A DNA stretch of 64,000 nucleotides from Macrostomum lignano (GCA_002269645.1 NIVC01003279.1:1-64000), one strand, 5' to 3'; numbered from the stretch's first letter, positions 25,568 to 39,021 are shown. Numbers and translations: made by a program. The notes: generated by a model not told the origin, from the sequence alone.

Positions 25568-26258
25568 TGGCTCGCACTTGGAGTGCACGTGAACTTGTTC
25601 AAGTTTGATTGTATCGTATGACCCTGACAAGTTTTCTATTTAACTTTTTCTCAATGTTACCTTTATTTATAAGCTGACAGTGTGATTAAAAATACAAATT
25701 TCGGCTTCATTGCTTTTTTCGTTGAAGCTACTGACTGACTGGATTGCAGTAAGTAGTATGAGTGGACATTTGAAAATCTGTGACAAGGTCTGGCACAGCT
25801 GGCGGTATGCCAATCGTAAAACCGTAAAATATAAAAGAACAAAGGCCAGGTTTGGAGCCGTCCGAGACAAATCTGCACATTTTATTTAGCCAAATCTTAA
25901 CTTGGCCTTCGACAAGAGTTTGCTGTTTATTTCGATTCTTCTCTGTCAAGCTAGCTGGCATTGATTTGAGCAATGGCTTTTGGCTGAGAATGACAAAATG
26001 TGCTAAATTACTACTGAAGTGCTTGATTATATAAAAGTAGTCAAATCACTAAACAGAGCAGGAGAAAATACAAGTTAGTTTCTAGTATTATTGAAAGATC
26101 AATTAAATTTGATTCTCTCTGGGACTAGTGCACTTCATAGACAAGTTTTTTTTAACTTCTAAAATAGCAATTGGATCGATGAAAAATACTGCTCCAGCCC
26201 TAATTAGCGCCCAGAAGGTCCAGCGAGCTCTCGTGACGCAGCTCAGGGCTGCAGGCGA

Positions 26259-29200
26259 TCACCGCAGCCCGCCAGTGTAGTAGGTGGCGGGCAGGAATGG
26301 CATCTTGGCCACCACGCCCCGGTACCGCTTGCCGCGAATCTCAAACCGAACCGGGGTGCCCACGGCGGAATTCGCGCGCCGCAGGTAGCCCATGGCAACG
26401 GGCTGGTTGAGGCTGGGGCTCATGCAGCCGCTGGTCACCACGCCGATGGCTGCAATGGGGAGATTTGAAAGCTAATTTTCTATACATGTATTTCGTCCTC
26501 AACTGGTCAAGCAAGCCTTGCTCCAGTTTCACATCTCAAAAATGTAATCGAAGTAAAATCTCCAGATTTAAAAAATACTTTATCCTACCGAGATCCCACT
26601 GAGATCCCAGGCTATTCTAGGATCCCTGCTACTCCAAGATCCCACTGTGATCCCTGCTACTCCAAGATCCCACTGTGATCCCTGCTACTCCAAGATCCCA
26701 CTGTGATCCCTGCTACTCCAAGATCCCACTGAGATCCCAGCTACTTCATGATCCCACTGTGATCCCAACTAGCTAGTCGATAATCCCACCGAGATCCCAG
26801 CTACTCCAAGACCACTGAGATTCCAGCTACTACAAGATCCCACTGTGATCCCAGCTACTCCAAGATCCCACTGAGATCCCTGCTACTCCAAGATCCCACT
26901 GAGATCCCAGCTCCTCCATGATGCCACTGAGATCCCAGCTACTCCATGAACCCACTGTGATCCCAGCTACTCCAAGATCCCACTGAGATCCCAGCTACTC
27001 CAAGATCCCATGAGATCCCAGCTCACGCTCATCTCCGTCGTTCTCAGCGAACACGGCAGCCCCGTGCCGGGCAGGCGGCCCCTCCAGGCCCAGAAGGCCA
27101 ACCCGGCGGACCTCCGGCTTCGTGGCGGAGGCCACCGCCAGCTGTTCGCCGCCGAGGAACGCCTCGGAGCCACGCTGTTGGGCCTCCTGACGACGGCGCT
27201 TTGACACGGTCCACATGAGGCCGGCCTCCACCTGCGGGTTGCGCAGAGGTTGAACTTGCTCGATGGTTAGGGATGGGCGATTCTTACTGGCACTTCAGGG
27301 CGATTCTTACTGGCACTTCAGGGCGATTCTTACTGGCACTCCAGGGCGATTCTTACTGGCACTCCAGGGTGATTCTTACTGGCACTCCAGGGCGATTCTT
27401 ACTGGCACTTCAGGGCGATTCTTACTGGCACTTCAGGGCGGTTCTTACTGGCACTTCAGGGCGATTCTTACTGGCACTTCAGGGCGATTCTTACTGGCAC
27501 TTCAGGGCGATTCTTACTGGCACTCCAGGGCGATTCTTACTGGCACTCCAGGGCGATTCTTACTGGCACTCCAGGGCGATTCTTACTGGCACTCCAGGGC
27601 GATTTTTACTGGCACTCCAGGGCGATTCTTACTGGCACTCCAGGGCGATTTTTACTGGCACTCCAGGGCGATTTTTACTGGCACTCCAGGGCGATTCTTA
27701 CTGGCACTCCAGGGCGATTCTTACTGGCACTCTATTATTATATGGCGAATATTATCCAATCGCGGATAAAACTGCCCAAGCTTTAACTGAAAAAGAGTTA
27801 CTAAACGCACCGGAGTTCGCGTCTCGTCAATATCGTTGCCATAGAGACAGAGTCCGGCCTCCAGCCGCAGGGAGTCCCTGGCCCCAAGGCCAATGGGCTT
27901 CACCAGGGGGCCATCTAGAAGGGCACGGGCCACCGTCATGGCACCCTGCGGAGGCACCGAGATCTCGAAGCCGTCCATGCCTGTGTAGCCGCATCTGCCG
28001 GCCGGGTCACGTGACATTGTTGGGAATATTCAGCTAATAAAAATGAATATTTGCTGCTACGAAATACTCAAGGGGATAAAAGCAGTCAACTAAATCTCCA
28101 AGGGGATATTCAAAGTCAACCAAATCTCCAATGGGATATTCACAGTCAACCAAATCTCCAATGGGATATTCATCACAGTCAACCAAATCTCCAATGGGAT
28201 ATTCATCACAGTCAACCAAATCTCCAATGGTATATTCATCACAGTCAACCAAATCTCCAATGGTATATTCATCACAGTCAACCAAATCTCCAATGGGATA
28301 TTCATCACAGTCAACCAAATCTCCAATGGGATATTCATCACAGTCAACCAAATCTCCAATGGTATATTCATCACAGTCAACCAAATCTCCAATGGGATAT
28401 TCATCACAGTCAACCAAATCTCCAATGGTATATTCATCACAGTCAACCAAATCTCCAATGGGATATTCATCACAGTCAACCAAATCTCCAATGGGATATT
28501 CATCACAGTCAACCAAATCTCCAATGGGATATTCATCACAGTCAACCAAATCTCCAATGGGATATTCATCACAGTCAACCAAATCTCCAATGGGATATTC
28601 ATCACAGTCAACCAAATCTCCAATGGGATATTCATCACAGTCAACCAAATCTCCAATGGGATATTCATCACAGTCAACCAAATCTCCAATGGGATATTCA
28701 TCACAGTCAACCAAATCCCCAATGGGATATTCATCACAGTCAACCAAATCCCCAAGGGGATATTCATCACAGTCAACCAAATCCCCAAGGGGATATTCAT
28801 CACAGTCAACCAAATCCCCAAGGGGATACTCGCAGCCCCGCACACCTGGTGATGCGGCAGTCCTGCACGCCGAACACGGTGGCGTAGCGGCCGTGCATGA
28901 AGGCGAGGTCGGCCAGCTTGAAGTCGGTGACGCCTTTGGCCAGCACTTCGGCCGCGCGGGGGCCCTGCAGGGCCATCAGTGCAGCGTCCATGTACTCCAG
29001 GCGGACGTCGAGAGCCCTGGCCTGACCGATTGGATGAGTAGGGGTTGAGGCTGAAGGCTTGATTGAATACAATACTGCAATAAATTTAGGGTATCTCCCG
29101 ATTACTACTTTAGAATGGAGACAGAGCGGCCCTGACAACGGGGTTGGCCCTTATGTCTGCGAATTGCCCGAGCCTCAAGTGAATCTGGCAGTGCGCGGAA

Positions 29201-30132
29201 TCGAACCAGGGGTCTGGCGCGAGAGTCAGCAGCGTTTGGCGCTGAGCTGCTCTGCCCACCACCCTTATTAGGGACTTTGTGGTCTGCAGATGCACCCAAA
29301 ATTTGCAGATTGAAGCATGCAAAACAAAATATGGAAGACACTCAATAAACAGGATCGTAGTGAGATGGTTTGCCCACCTGAAACACGCCAGCCCAGTGGT
29401 CCAGGTGGGCTCGGATTTTCTCTGCGCACCCGGCATTGGTGACCAGGTAGAAGTGCGGCTCGCGCACCGGCTGACAATCAGGTCGTCCATGATGCGGCCC
29501 TGGCCGTTCAGAAACAGCGACAGACAGGCCTGCGGAATTCGGGGCAGTGAGTGTACATTGGGGTGGGGTTGGGGCAGTGAGTGTACATTGGGGTGGGGTT
29601 GGGGCAGTGAGTGTACATTAGGGTGGGGCTGGGGCAGTGAGTGTACATTGGGATGGGGTTGGGGCAGCGAGTGTACATGGTAGATGGGGTCAAAGTAGTG
29701 TACACATAGGGGTGTGGGTGTCTGCTGTTGTACATAGCTGAAAGCTGATTATGCGTTGCAGTCGGTGGGCAGTTTGATTTCAAGGATTCGCAGGCCCGAA
29801 AATCGACCCACCTGTCCAGGCGCCAAGGCGGCGACGTCGGCCACGGTGAGGAAGGACACCAGGCTGTCCCTGTTGACGCCGCAGACGCGCAGCTGCTGCA
29901 TGTGGCTCACGTCGAACAGGCCGGCGCTCTCCCTAGCGTGCTTGTGCTCCGCCACGATGCCACCTGCCGCGTACTGCACCGGCAGCTGGTGGCCGGCGAA
30001 CTCGACCATCCGGCCGCCGAACTCGGTGTGCAGGTCGAACAGCGGGGTTCGCCTCGCCGCCGCGGCCTTGGCTGACAGCAAGCGGCGTGGCGAGCTGCGC
30101 CAGGGCGCGCATCTCAGGGCTCGGCTAAGCAT
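26259..30132 (-). CDS. AMT: Aminomethyltransferase (glycine cleavage T protein), mitochondrial. Exons 29812-30132, 29378-29529, 28846-29021, 27811-27994, 27027-27231, 26259-26449; 1-nt frameshift at about 29460.
   Basis: Arg-rich transit peptide, [75 protein letters not shown]. Exon total is 1229 nt, one short of about 409 aa. Confidence 0.93.
26590..27022. repeat. About 28-bp intronic minisatellite (gatcccactgtgatccctgctactccaa), about 15 copies
   Basis: AMT intron 5; begins a few bases inside the donor site. Confidence 0.9.
27276..27730. repeat. 23-bp intronic minisatellite (cgattcttactggcactccaggg), about 20 copies
   Basis: AMT intron 4. Confidence 0.95.
28085..28828. repeat. 33-bp intronic minisatellite (cacagtcaaccaaatctccaatgggatattcat), about 22 copies
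   Basis: AMT intron 3. Confidence 0.95.
29060..29257 (-). mobile_element. tRNA-derived SINE in AMT intron 2
   Basis: Minus strand: gcagctcagcg (A-box-like) and a perfect B-box GGTTCGATTCC (29197-29207), followed by a non-tRNA body. Confidence 0.6.
29541..29690. repeat. 30-bp G-rich intronic minisatellite, about 4.5 copies (G-quadruplex-capable on + strand)
   Basis: ggggcagtgagtgtacattggggtggggtt units in AMT intron 1. Confidence 0.9.
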
Positions 30133-30234
30133 TGCAAAAACTGGACCGGCCGCCTGGCAACTGCTGGAGTGATGGGGAACCGCTTTTGAGTTCGCTCCTA
30201 GACTCAGTAGCTTAGATAACCCCACTCTTCAAAG

Positions 30235-30425
30235 ACCCATCGTAGCCTAGATAGCCCAATACCATTCCCTACAAAGACTCATTGTAGCCTAGTAGATAGC
30301 CCAATACCATTCCCTACATAGACTCATTGTAGCCTAGTAGATAGCCCAATGCCATTCCCTACAAAGACTCATTGTAGCCTAGTAGATAGCCCAATGCCAT
30401 TCCCTACAAAGACTCATTGTAGTCT
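30235..30425. repeat. 45-bp tandem repeat, about 4 copies, upstream of the AMT start codon
   Basis: gactc recurs at 30276, 30321 and 30366. Confidence 0.9.
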
Positions 30426-31274
30426 AGACAGCTCATAATTCCTACAAATGCTCATAATTCCATACAAAGACAATAAATTTCAGCAATTCCCTCTGCAGTT
30501 TTCTACAAAGTTTTCTACAAAGACTCAGTGCGAGACTATGGTCGGGAAAAATAAGTGAGAGAAAAAGCCGATGAAGGAAACAATTTCCACTGAGATTCAA
30601 TAAAGTTGATCAGACATGATTACTGAGAAAATCAGCTAAGTAGTAAAAGAGTTCAGATATATAAGCTAAAAGTGTGTATTCAGTCAGCAAACTTAAAAAC
30701 ACTCGCGCTAAGGATAAAAAGTGGCTTTAAAGGGTTTGCGAGCGGAGGGCGGAGGCACCTATGAAAATGAAGACAAACCAGCAAAGTCAGGAGCTGAAGA
30801 CTCGGGAAGGGGAGCCCAGTCTAAGCAGCAGATACGGTGGCACCAGCTCAAATTCAATGCACTGGGCAGCCTGCCTCGCAGCAACCAGCACGGGACAATG
30901 ACCAAGGCTGTGCTGTGCCTTCAGACAGATACGCCAGCTAACTAATAACAAAAAGGCGAACAAACAAACAAAAGTAAACACAGTTAAGATAACAAAGGTC
31001 AGATCTGTTTGGGTCAGGCATGCAATATAATATAGAAAACAAATATTTGATAGTGGCATAAATACGAGACAGTATGCTGATGCAGCAGGTAACTGATGAC
31101 ACACAGGTGCAAATACAGGTATTAGAATACAGGAGGACTAGCGAGTTCACGGCAGATCTGAGAGATTTGATACCAATTCTCCAACTCATCGCTTTTCACG
31201 CTGAAAACCGGCAGCACTACTAGTCAAGGCTCGGGCAAGTAGTACCATGCGGGCAGCCGAGGTCCCCCGGCTCG

Positions 31275-33935
31275 TCAGAAGGGGAACTTGAAGGCCGCCG
31301 GGCCGCCAGCCGTGAAGCAGCTCCCGGCTCCGGGGAAGCCGGCAGCGGCTGCGGCGGCCGCGGCGGCGGCAGCAGCTGCCGGCATCATCAGACCGTCTGG
31401 TGGGTGACCGTAGGGGGGCAGACCGTGTTGTTGCTGCTGCGGTTGCTGCGGCTGCTGCTGCTGCTGTTGCTGCTGAAGGGGCGGCGGCGGGTGCGCAAGC
31501 ATGGCCACGGAGTGCGGCGGCAGCTGGGGAGGCAGCAGGTGCTGCTGTTGCTGACCCAGGGATATTGTCGGCTGGTGCAGCGAAACTTGCTGCAGCTGCG
31601 GTTGCTGCTGAGGCAGCGGCTGCGGCGGCTGCTGCTGCGAGTCTTCGTCCTCGTCCTGGCCATCGAGTTTGGCCGGCTCCGAGCCCGGACCTGCGGCTGC
31701 CGCGGCGGCAGCGTCTTTGCCGTGCTTGGCCAGGTGCTTGTTGAGGTAGGTCTCCGAGTTGTAGTTCTTGCCGCACACCCGGCACACCAGCAGCTTGCTG
31801 TAGCGGCTGTTCGCGTGCTTGGCCTGGGAATGTGATGGGGAATGTGATGGGGAATTCGGAAAATTTATTGAGAAATTTGGCTAATTTGATGGGGAATGTA
31901 ATTATGAGTAACCTGAGGATAGGAAAAATAAAACCTGAGGTGGGAATACAAAAACTGGAGAATTTGAGGGTGTGGCAGAAAAAAACTGGGGTATTGGGGG
32001 GTGTGGCATGGAAACACTGGGGTATTGGAGGGTGTGGCATGGAAACACTGGGGTATTGGAGGGTGTGGCAGGGAAACACTGGGGTATTGGAGGGTGTGGC
32101 ATGGAAACACTGGGGTATTGGAGGGTGTGGCATGGAAACACTGGGGTATTGGAGGGTGTGGCAGGGAAACACTGGGGTATTGGAGGGTGTGGAGGGGAAG
32201 CACTGGGGTATTGGAGGTGTGGAAGGGAAACACTGGGGTATTGGAGGTGTGGAAGGGAAACACTGGGGTATTAGAGGGTGTGGAGGGGAAGCACTGGGGT
32301 ATTGGAGGGTGTGGCATGAAAACGATGGGGTATTGGAGGGTGTGGCAGGGAAACAATGGGGTATTGGAGGGTGTGGCATGGAAACACTGGGGTATTGGAG
32401 GGTGTGGCATGAAAACACTGGGGTATTGGAGGGTGTGGCATGAAAACACTGGGTATTGGAGGGTGTGGAAGGGAAACACTGGGGTATTGGAGGTGTGGAA
32501 GGGAAACACTGGGGTATTGGAGGGTGTGGCAGGGAAACACTGGGGTATTGGAGGGTGTGGCATGAAAACACTGGGGTATTGGAGGGTGTGGCATAAAAAC
32601 ACTGGGGTATTGGAGGGTGCCAATGTCAGCCCCAAAGCTCACCTGAGTGTGGCTGTCCAGGTCATCGCTGGAGTCGAAGCACATGTAGCAGGCCTCGCAG
32701 CGGTGCGGCTTGTCCTTCATGTGCTGGCGCTGGTGGCTCTGCAGGTTGCTCATCTGGGTGAAACTCTTGGCGCAGTGCCAGCAGCGGTACGGCTTGTCAC
32801 CCGTATGGATTCGCTCGTGCTGCTGCACGTGGGACAGCTGGGTGAAGCGCTTGTCGCAAAACCTGCAGCCGTAGGGCCGCTGGCCGCTGTGGATCCGGCG
32901 GTGCTGGCTGAGATAGGCGGAGGTGGCGAACTGCCGGCCGCAGGTGTCGCACTGGTAGGGCCGCGAGTCGCCGCCGCCTGCAGCTGCTGCCGAGGTGGCG
33001 GACCTGCCGGGCTCCGGCTTGCCGAAGGGCGGCTGCGGGTGCGGCCGTTTGACAAAGTGAGGAATAGTGTGAGATTTGACAAGATGAGGACTGATGAGAT
33101 TTGACAAGATGAGGACTGATGAGATTTGACAAGATGAGGACTGATGAGATTTGACAAGATGAGGACTGATGAGATTTGACAAGATGAGGACTGATGAGAT
33201 TTGACAAAGTAAGGACTGATGAGATTTGACAAAGTAAGGACTGATGAGATTTGACAAAGTAAGGACTGATGAGATTTGACAAAGTAAGGACTGATGAGAT
33301 TTGACAAAGTAAGGACTGATGAGATTTGACAAGATGAGGACTGATGAGATTTGACAAGATGAGGACTGATGAGATTTGACAAGATGAGGACTGATGAGAT
33401 TTGACAAAGTAAGGACTGATGAGATTTGACAAGATGAGGACTGATGAGATTTAACAAAGTGAGGACTGATGAGATTTGACAAAGTGAGGACTGATGAGAT
33501 TTGACAAAGTGAGGACTGATGAGAATTGACAAAGTGAGGACTGATGAGATTTGACAAAGTGAGAACTGATGAGATTTGACAAAGTAAGGACTGATGAGAT
33601 TTGACAAAGTGAGGACTGATGAGATTTGACAAAGTGAGAACTGATGAGAATTGACAAAGTGAGGACTGATGAGATTTGACAAAGTGAGAACTGATGAGAT
33701 TTGACAAAGTAAGGACTGATGAGATTTGACAAAGTGAGGACTGATGAGATTTGACAAAGTGAGAACTGATGAGAATTGACAAAGTGAGGACTGATGAGAT
33801 TTGACAAAGTGAGAACTGATGAGATTTGACAAGTTGAGGACTGATGAGATTTAAGATTTGGACTACTGAGATTAGGTCAGGGAGCCCAGACAGCTATTAG
33901 CTCACCTTGGAAGACCTCTTGTTTCCACCGGGCAT
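31275..33935 (-). CDS. C2H2 zinc-finger transcription factor, lin-29/rotund-squeeze/ZNF384-like, about 322 aa. Exons 33906-33935, 32643-33032, 31275-31823.
   Basis: Five C2H2 fingers. The segment KSFTQMSNLQSHQRQHMKDKPHRCEACYMCF...CRVCGKNYNSETYLNKHLAKH is characteristic of the family. Poly-Q/poly-A C-terminus; ATG preceded by an in-frame stop. Confidence 0.85.
31984..32620. repeat. 31-bp G-rich intronic minisatellite (ggggtattggagggtgtggcatggaaacact), about 20 copies
   Basis: Zinc-finger gene last intron. Confidence 0.95.
33048..33855. repeat. 25-bp intronic minisatellite (gatgagatttgacaaagtgaggact), about 32 copies
   Basis: Zinc-finger gene intron; abuts the acceptor region. Confidence 0.95.
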
Positions 33936-36659
33936 GCTAGCTGGCTAGTGCAAATGGCAGTCCGACTGCATCAAAGTGTACAGTGCACTTCAGGAGTCTG
34001 CGCTGCACTGCAGTCTCGTATGGCTGCAATGCAAGTTAAGAGCTACATAGAAGAATGGCTAGGACTGCATTGATCTCAACTTGAGTCCCCACCTATCACC
34101 CTAATCACACAATGTGCACATAGCATCAAAAATCCCTGTTGCTTGAGTTCCTAAATCCTAGGGACTTGAGACTTCCTCTTACAGAAGCTTTAAAACTGGC
34201 AAAATTCATTCGTTTCTACGGCTTTGTCCCAACCCATGAAATGGTCTTAAAGTCTTTAAAGTTCAGAGCTCAGTCATTGAGTGGCCAATATTACTAGATC
34301 CTATATACTAACACCTGAGAACTAAATCTGTATCTGTATGTTCTGCTTAAAACCTTCACATCTGTAAATTCCTATAGCCTATCTGTAGCTATATAGATCA
34401 GAATGAAACTCTAGTCAATTCACTAGTTCACTATAGAGTATAGTTGGTATTAACTATAGGCATTTATACTTGGTATAAGTGAAATAAATCTAAGAAATAC
34501 AAAATTTTTCTTGGATAAACTCAACAGGATCTAGACTTAGGAAAAAGTTTTATAATATAGTATATATGGGATTTAAATACAGTATAGCAAAATTCATTTT
34601 GAGTACTATATTAATCAATTTCTAATACAAGTACAAGCTAACAAGGAATCAATGATAATGCTAATTATTAGAATTTAGGATTGCAAACATGACAAAAAGA
34701 TCTTTTATAAAGCCTATATAAGGATTTTATTAGTCTAGTCTGGTCTAATTCTGCATTACTTGGTGCACCTAGCCATAAAATAGCTAGGATAACTGAAGGT
34801 ATGTGTCAACTCTTAGACTTGGACTATATAGCCATGTGTAACCTTCACATTTGCCACAAAATAGCTATTGCTAAGCTGTTGATAACATCTTTACTTGTTA
34901 GAAAAGGTATAGTTAATTAATATTATATTACTATTACTATTAAAATACATTGATAAAGAGCATGATAAGTATACACTTGAAAAAAATAACAATATTACTT
35001 TATGCCTAATCTATACCTCTCATATTTGTATACCATTTATATTAGTAATCTATATCTATATATACAATCTATATTAGTAATAGCCCCTTGAAAAAAGTGA
35101 TAACCATTTTGGTAAGAACTACTTTGGCAATAAACCCTTTGCAATACCAAATAACTTTTAAAGCTGATATAATTTAAAATAAATAAACTAAAAATGTATA
35201 ATCATAGAATGAAATTGAAAATTGTTATAATTTCAAGTTGTAAACTCAGAGTTTTAAAAAAATACAATATTCAGTCACATTATATAAATTTTGTTTCCTG
35301 GTTAGTATTTAGCTATTTATAAATATGGTAATAATTCACTATTATATTATATTCATTTTATATATATATATATGTATGTGTGTGTTTTGCGAATCTTAGA
35401 GCAATCTCAAAAGGCTACTCATGTGCTATGCAGATAAGCAGAAAATTATTCCTACAGTACTATAAGAATAGGCCTAAGACAAATTATTCCTATAGTACCT
35501 TGGGGATAAGGATAAACACTACTATTTCTTTTAGCAACATATCTAAATATACCAAAATAGGCTCTAAAAGGTCATCATTTATTACTAGAGTGGTTGATAT
35601 TATTACTATTATTAAAGTGGCTATTACTAAAGTTGACCAAAAAACCAAATTTATAATTTTTTAGCATATAAATACACTAAATGGATTTAATTATATGGTT
35701 ATAGAAATTGAATATTAATATGAAATTGAATAAATAGGCCTTAGATAATAATTAGACTTGTCCTTTATATAGGGGCATTGCCATGGATTTTATAGTGAGA
35801 TTAATAATGTAGTGTGGCCTCATTTTATGATATAGAATGCCTTCCATAATAGATATTAACTATGTTTACAAAAAATTCTTAAAAAATATGGTATTTGAAT
35901 TTATGCTAAATGATACTAAATGTTTTGAAAGCAAATAACAGTTTACAAAATATAATTTTGTTTTAAATATATTGTTCAAATAATATAAATAGAGGGCCAA
36001 TGAGGGGCCAAGAAGAGCAACTCTTGAGCAACCCAAGCAACTTGGAGCTTAGACAATTTTGTCTATTACATTTTCTTTCACAAGTCTTGCAAATACAATA
36101 AGTTTAGTCTTATTAAATTGCTATTTGCAGTGTTTGAAAGACTTAGTCATTTCCTTTAGAGTATCAAAAATCCATTGGAAGCAAGAATTACCTTAGGGCA
36201 AGGAAATTGCCTTAGGGTAAAAGAATTGCTTCAGAGCAGAAAATTGCATAAAGGCTGTGACCTTCTAATCTAGGACTAGGAGAAAATTTTTATAGAAGTA
36301 AATAGTTGGAACATAAAGTGCCAGAAGACTGCTCAGGCCAAGAGTACAATACATATACATATACAAATGCTACCAATTGATACATATATGCTATCAGTAC
36401 AAAAGAAGATAGACAAGTAGATATGCTACCAGTAAAAATAAGTAAAAGTACATGCAAAAGTACATTATTACCTATCAATAGGAGAACATAGGTGACATTT
36501 CTAGGGCAGTTATTAGTGAGAGCAATTAGCACTGTTAAAATGTTAGTGGCATTGATAGAATTATTCCAAGAGATAGAAATTAGGGCCTAGCCCTAGCCCT
36601 ATATCACTAGGGATAAAACTAAGAATTCAACATATACATGACTGAATGACTAAGATCCT

Positions 36660-36950
36660 ATTATTTTGTTAATCATGCTGTCAGTGCTCATTTTGGTACC
36701 ACAGGCATTTTTTAGCATAGCAAACATTCCTTTTAGCACTGTAGGCACTTATTTTAGTGCTGCAAGCATTTATTTTGGCACCATAGGCACTCCTGGTGCC
36801 ACTGTGCCACAGGCATTCTTTTTAACATCACAGGCGCTCATTTTAGCACCACAGGCACTCATTTTAGTACTGCAAACACTTAAAAAAAAGAATTGGCATG
36901 TCCAATGTCCCCCCCCCCTGTCCCAGTCCCCCCAGTGGCAACATGTCTGG
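36660..36950 (-). mobile_element. Hypermutated copy of the repeat at 18241-18460
   Basis: Same head, units and tail, but nearly all CpG changed to TG/CA/TA and many CCA/TG changed to CTA/TA. Confidence 0.75.
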
Positions 36951-38097
36951 TGCCTGCCTATATACTAATGTAAAAATACTTTGATTTAGAAGTAGGCCCT
37001 AGAACTCACTTACAAGGTAGAAGGTATGGTATTGTGACACTCAATTTACCCACAAAGTAAGTCTCTAATACATACTATAGGCCTTGTTACTAGTACATGT
37101 ATTATGTATATAAATTTATATATGTAGCTTAAAAATGTAGCTGTAATTGGAAAGGCTTACTAATTTAGCACATTATAGGCCAACTATTATATACACAGAT
37201 AGCTGAGTAAGCTGACAACCTATACATTGTCAATATTAAAGCAAAATGCAAATTCTGAGCACGCAAATTCACACAATAAACTAACCTAAATTTGTGCAAA
37301 GTAAATATTGATAAAGTAAAAGTTCTAGCAATGGAAGCTATTTTATGGTAATTTTTTTCATTCAGAATTTATCTGAATAAAAGTATTTTTTTAGCAAACG
37401 CGTCTACTTTTTTTCGTTTTCTCTTTAGTTTTAACTATATAATAGCGTTTAATTTTGTAGTAAGTTGTTGATTCAGTAAAATTTTTAATTAATGAGTAGT
37501 TAGTTTAACTCATGGCTGATATCTGTATTGCAGTTTATTGAATGCTGATTATATTTTAATAAATTTATTGTTATTAAATACTGATATTACAGACTATTTA
37601 CAGAGCGAACAAATATCAATTTCTGTGTGAGGGGACCACAGGTTTGCTTTGTCAGTCGTTTGTTTATTGGTTTGTTGACGCGGTGAACGAGCCTATATAA
37701 GTATAGTCATAGATGGAGATGGAGATGCGACTACTCGAACTTTTCAGTTAGAATAAAACTTTTTTTCGTAATAACCAGCCCTGAGCTTTAATGAGTTGCG
37801 CTATACATGCATGATAACCGCTCCGGTTCACTAAACTTTAGACCAGAACTAGGAAGTCCTACATGTAGAAGGCTGCGGGCTTTCCTTACTTGACTGGGTT
37901 TATTCATTGTGCGTAAATATGACAAATTTCATAAATCGACAGTACTCAAGATCGTAATAATTAGATTACACCTGCACTATATGAGCAGATGTACATGTTT
38001 TGTTGAATACAACCAACAGCCACAGATATTACGCGGTGCATCTAGCTGAAGGCTGCATACGGCTATAAAGTTCAAGGACTGAAAGAGGATTTTGCCA

Positions 38098-38135
38098 CAC
38101 ACACACACACACACACTCACACACACACACACACA
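38098..38135. repeat. (CA)n microsatellite
   Basis: Direct inspection. Confidence 0.95.
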
Positions 38136-39021
38136 ATACCCCAGCTAAGCTATAGTACCCATTTTACAGCTGGCCGTGAACTGAAGCTTTGCAGTTACAT
38201 GTAAATGTTTTGCTTTGTTTTGCACAATTTTTTCCGGTTGGGTAGAGAAGCGAATCTTCGACATTTTGAAAAAAGGCTATGAACATAAAGATAAACAACA
38301 AACACCTGAAATTATTATGCCAAACGGCATACGAGCTAACTATCGCAAAAATATAAACCCGTTAGCCAACCAATAAAGCAACAAAAACTTAAATTATTTT
38401 AATCAACTCACCGCATAACAATAGAGAATTCGTGTGATTTCGCATAATCAAAAACTTCGTCGTGTTTGTGTATTTAGTTATTATTCAGTATGATTTGCAT
38501 GCCTAATTGCGAAAATGTACCATAGCATATTTTAAACTCAGGAAACCTTTGAAATCAAATTGAAATAAAAGTTAGTAATGAAAAATCTCATGATACTGAA
38601 ATCAGACATAAACTGCCGATTAGGGACAACATGGAAGCTTTAGATAGTTGGCAAATCATAGCATAAACAATTAGATACGTCATAATTGCTTCTTGACATG
38701 ACCTGCAATTTCTAGGAAATGGTTACGTTATCTTACTTTCACAACACACCATTAGCATATGATTGGAACTCGCAAAAGGAAACAGGCTTGATGACACAAA
38801 GGATATCTTTGCTCATGGAATGCCGATGCAGTAAAGTTAAAACCTTAATGCCTGTACGCACAGATTTACAAAGCGAAATGATTAACCTTTGATTGGCGAA
38901 TCGCTACATGATAAATATAGCACTAGAAGATACGAGTATCTGATAAATTGTGAAAGTATCTGATGATCTCCATCTACCGCATGCAGTTCAGAGAAATCAG
39001 GCTGGCCCGAATACCGCTGGC

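Noticed and set aside
19024-29257. tRNA gene calls at 19024 and 29257
   Set aside because: Only A/B boxes are present; the acceptor and anticodon arms do not fold, so these are called SINE heads.
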